Below the pieces are notes generated by a model. That model searched no databases and was not told the origin of the DNA. It was given only the letters and a program-made list of their open reading frames with translations. From assembly GCF_037042905.1 (NCBI RefSeq), contig NC_087250.1, positions 19,842,001 through 19,906,000 on the forward strand: a stretch of DNA of 64,000 bases, written 5' to 3'. The position numbers and the translations under genes are program-made. Below are positions 59,866-64,000 of this stretch, one piece after another (the stretch's first letter is position 1; each line of letters starts with the position of its first letter). Source of the DNA: Lytechinus pictus. Lineage: Eukaryota.

Positions 59866-62770
59866 AAAACCTCGATATCTTTTATAATGACATTAATACG
59901 TACTCCTACGTTATGTAAAACGCACTGAAAATTGAAGAAAGGGGTGAAAAAGAGGGAGAAATGAAAAGGAAGAGAAATTATCTATCCAAAAATGCCTATT
60001 TATCTCGAGGAGAAAGACACTTATGTAAATTGGCGGCCAAAGAGAGCAGGGAGAAGCGAGAGCGCAATCATGTCACTTCATCGTATTCACAAAGCAATAC
60101 TTAAAAAGGAAATGAGATAATCGATTACACAATACAGAATTTTAATTTTCTGTATTTATATTTGTTATATTTTTTGCATCAACGAAAATTTGTTTGTACC
60201 TTCCTATCTTTCAAAATTATAATTTTTTTATAAAATTTGTTTTTAAATACAGAAACAAGTCTTTTGTTTTACATATAAACGATTAATTTAATATACACTA
60301 ACCTATAAAATTATGTATTATTAAAAATATAAATATTACAACATACATTAAGGGTTGACAAATCGAATCTTTAATTAAAGTTCACAATTAACTTTTTAGC
60401 GAGACACCTGCAGCGTTTGTCCGGTGTCTAAATTTCCACTTTCCCGGGATTATGGAGTTATTCCACGCATACATAACAGGGGAAGATCAGACGCTACATA
60501 GAACGCGAAATGAAACACTCGGGAAGAGCGCCCCGCTGCGTTGAGTAAATAACGACCTTTTTTTTTACCTTTGCGTATCGCGATATCGCTGTGTAGAAGA
60601 CATTTGGGAGAAATGGTGGAGGAGTGAAGGAATAGACGATTTTTACATGTTATATATTTTTTTTCATTTCAATCATTTTTTTTCTTATATAAAGAATGAA
60701 TATATTTCAGAGGTTTCTGGGTAATAACAGGTAGAATTATTCCCACGCACCACCCTCGAGCCCTCTCCAAAATCCCCTCTCTCATTTCCCCCATATGTTT
60801 ATACACAGCAGCGTGCCGACGTGTAACGCTATTATAGCGCCCTTTCCCATAAGCATTTATCGAGCGTTTCAAAAGATTGCCGAAACTAGTGTCCGATCTT
60901 CCCCTAGCAGGGCATGTATCTTTGTTTCACAATAGTCATCGTTGTCTTCGTGCAATTTTGGTGTCAAAATTGCACAAGACTTGAAAGTAAAAAGTCAGCG
61001 AGCGATTCCATTAAAAAAAAAATTAGCGGCGGATTTATCGCGAAAAATGTTGGGGGAAGGCTGAATCAGCTCCCAATTTTAGGGTTAAACCTCAATCTTT
61101 TTTATGACATCCTATCACATACTCCTTCATTATGTAAAACACATCACATCGAAAATGAAAGAAAGGGATGACAAAGAGGAGAAATTATCTATCCCATAAT
61201 GCCTACTTATCTCGGGGAGAAAAACACTTATGTAAATTGATAGCTAAAAAGAGCATGGATAAGCGAGAGAGCAATGTCACTTTATTGTATTCATAAAGCA
61301 ATACTTTATTAGATAACCGATTACAGAATATTAGATACCGATCTTTACTTTTTTTATTTATGCTATATTTTTTACATTAACGAAATTTTTTTTTTTTACC
61401 TATATATACTGAAAACGCTATTAAATTAATAATTTTTGAACAAAAACTGAATTGAGCAATGTTTCAAAGGAAAGCAATAAATAAATAGAAACTAACCTGG
61501 TAAATTATGGGCTATTACATCGTATATATTTCAACATATCTTGTTTGATGTGTTAGATGCCGCTATTCAAATTTATGATATTATATCCAATTCTTTTTGG
61601 CGAGACACCAGCCTGTTCAGTCTGTACGGTCTCTCCAATATTTGACATACTGATGAGTCTAATATCATGATTTACCGGAAATCTGTAGATATTTCACAAT
61701 ATTTTATATACGGGAAATATACACAGGAGTCATCTTTGTCGAGCTTTGATCTCTCTTCCTTTCTTCTCGCAGCTTTCAGCCCCTCATTGATTTTCAGCAC
61801 TTAAAAAAATCACAACCCTTTTTATCTAAGACCGGACACCTCTGAGTTCACAATATTGTGTATAAAACGTAATTATAAGTGACGAGATGCTTCTATTATT
61901 GTTCAATTTTTGGCATATAAAGGGGTAGGAAAGCGGCGCGACATAAAAATATGACATCATCATTATTGTTACTTTTATTTATTATTATTGCTATTATTAT
62001 TCGATAAAAAAAATTTAGCGGCGGATTTATCGTGAAACATGACGAGGGGAAGGCTGAATCAGCTCCCAATTTTAGGGTTAAACCTCAATCTTTTTTATGA
62101 CATTTATTCATCTCGAGGAGAAAAACACTTATGTAAATTGATAGCTAAAAGAGCATGGATAAGCGAGAGAGCAATGTCACTTTATTGTATTCATAAAGCA
62201 ATACTTTATTAGATAATCGATTACAAAATATAGGATATATGGGAGGTGCCGTGGCCGAGTGGTCTAAGGCGCCTGGCTATACATGGAAAGTCCGGAGTTC
62301 GATCCCCGGCTGCGGCACCTATGCCCGTGAGCAAGGCATTTAATCTAAAATGCTCTTTTATCCTGCTTTCAAATAAATGGAAATGCTATATGCATTATTG
62401 GTAACTAGGTGTGCACTTAAAAAGGATACTAATTTTCTACTTTTTTATTGGTGCTATATTTTTTACAATTTTTTCTTTCTTTTTTTACCTACAAATATTC
62501 ATTTTATATTTAAATAATACTTTTGGGACTACAACAAATGAATTAAGCAATTTTTAAAAGGAAAACAGTTATTAAAGAGAAACTAACCTGTTAAATTATG
62601 TGCTTTTATACAGATATACATTAAACATACAATATGTAAATTGTGATAGATCAACAGGAATTTAAGTCTATATCCAGTCCAAATTTATATTTTTGTCGAG
62701 ACACCTGCTCAGTCTGGACGGTGTCTCCAATGTTTGACGTACTGATGAGTCTAATATCTAATATCATGAT
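59866..62770 (+). repeat. Three diverged copies of a ~0.55-0.7-kb segment (about 59866, 61088 and 62081)
   Basis: Shared blocks TCTCG(A/G)GGAGAAA..CACTTATGTAAATTG, AAAGCAATACTT and CGAGACACC. Confidence 0.75.
62241..62424 (+). mobile_element. Intact tRNA-derived SINE
   Basis: A box TGGCCGAGTGG, B box AGTTCGATCCC; absent from the paralogous segment at about 61330; AGGATA on both sides. Confidence 0.85.
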
Positions 62771-63427
62771 TCCGGGACCTGCGAAGCGGGGGTGCTGGGG
62801 GTGCTGAAGCACCCCCAGAAATTATCCTGGGGGTGCCGCGTGTATTATTTTCCATAGGCAGCACCCCCACGAAATCAGGTTCCCCCCTGTATTTTTTAAA
62901 ATATGTTATAATGTACATAATTATCACATCAGACAATCGCAAATCATTTACATAGTCTTTCACATATTCCAATAACATCCCTCCTATAACGCGACTCAAT
63001 CAAGCTCCAGCGGGGCAGCACTCCGATACAGACGTGGTCGCGCGCAATACGTGATACACACTGGGGTGGTTGGACTTGAAACTTCCAGGTTTAATGTCGA
63101 ATCAAGTGATAGAAATCAAATTTCACAGTCTTTTTCGCCCTGCCCCATGGCCCTATGGGCTGGGAAGCGGGGGTGCTGGGGGTAAAATCACCCTCTTTCA
63201 GATCGGAATATCAAATGTTTTCTGCTCGCGCTTTGCGCTCGCATAAATTGATTTTTATCATAAAAAATGTATTTAGAATGCCCAGATCCTAGGTCCAACT
63301 CTAAACACGCGCACGCATATTTAATAGGTGGGCTGATGCTGTCACATCCCCACTATCCTAGCTGTTCCTTGTGGAATCAAAATTGTTTCATTTTTTTCAT
63401 ACCAGAATGAATGATATGTCTCCCTTA

Positions 63428-64000
63428 TTTTTTTTTTCTTTTCCTCGTTCAGAGGTACTTTATTCTTCATATTCCTTTCTCATTTTAACAATTTCTTTCG
63501 AGGCACAGTGCGTGTAGAGTTACAAAACAAGTTACATATAAACATGTTATAGACATCAACAATTTAATCTAAAATGTGATAAAGATGAAATTTCTCTATA
63601 GGGTTAAAGCTCTTTGAACATTTGAATTAAATGAACATTGGATTTAAATCGCCATTTTACATAAAAAAGTATCTCTTTCTTGAACTCATACCAAATTGAA
63701 TATATATTAAAAGCTCTTCCTTGCCTCTTATACATGACATAAGATTTGAATATTGCATACTGTGCAAATATCATAAACAAGTTAACCAACGTAAACTTGC
63801 GATTGTGAATTTTGTATCCAATGAACAACGTCGTTTCGTTAATAGGAATTGCAATTTTAAACATAAATTGCAGAGAATTCTTTATCTTTATCCAAAAATT
63901 GGCAACAGGATTACATTCTAACATAATATGAACAAAAGTTTCTTCTGCTTCACAGAACATACAAGATGTGTCATTAGCTAATTTCCAACGACATAAATTG
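63428..64000 (-). mobile_element. 3' end of an L1/Tx1-type LINE
   Basis: ORF2 C-terminus, short 3' UTR, AATAAA (63464-63459) and A-rich tail (about 63442-63428). Confidence 0.8.
63604..63999 (-). CDS. LINE ORF2 C-terminal CCHC zinc-finger (zf-RVT-like) region; open to the window edge
   Basis: NLCRWKLANDTSCMFCEAEETFVHIMLECNPVANFW... contains the C-x2-C-x7-H-x4-C...FW motif. Confidence 0.85.
   Translation of the reverse strand, partial: NLCRWKLANDTSCMFCEAEETFVHIMLECNPVANFWIKIKNSLQFMFKIAIPINETTLFIGYKIHNRKFTLVNLFMIFAQYAIFKSYVMYKRQGRAFNIYSIWYEFKKEILFYVKWRFKSNVHLIQMFKEL

Overview
AT-rich, intron-containing animal genomic DNA; the repeat families look like those of a marine invertebrate, probably a sea urchin (inference). 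Almost all of the ORF track is spurious. Two host genes can be reconstructed by splicing. ATG101 (minus strand) has its first two coding exons at 971-942 and 291-214 and runs off the left edge. A complete six-exon, 147-aa, four-EF-hand calmodulin-like gene lies on the plus strand at 13170-22304. The rest is mostly transposon-derived. The main structure is a nest seven layers deep at about 30.3-59.9 kb, resolvable from target-site duplications (TSDs). A tRNA-derived SINE is split by a 29.4-kb TA-flanked TIR element. That holds a 23.5-kb CCC...GGG (CMC/EnSpm-like) element, whose internal foldback MITE is split by a 17.8-kb CCC...GGG element. The 17.8-kb element carries a candidate spliced gene and an inverted second copy of the 23.5-kb element's family, which itself carries a MITE with a 5-bp TSD. 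Also present are a TIR-less ~180-200-bp element with 10-bp TSDs, a Helentron-type (HINE) element, a near-identical 3.19-kb tandem duplication containing a purine-rich minisatellite, and the 3' end of an L1/Tx1-type LINE at the right edge. No transposase ORF was found.
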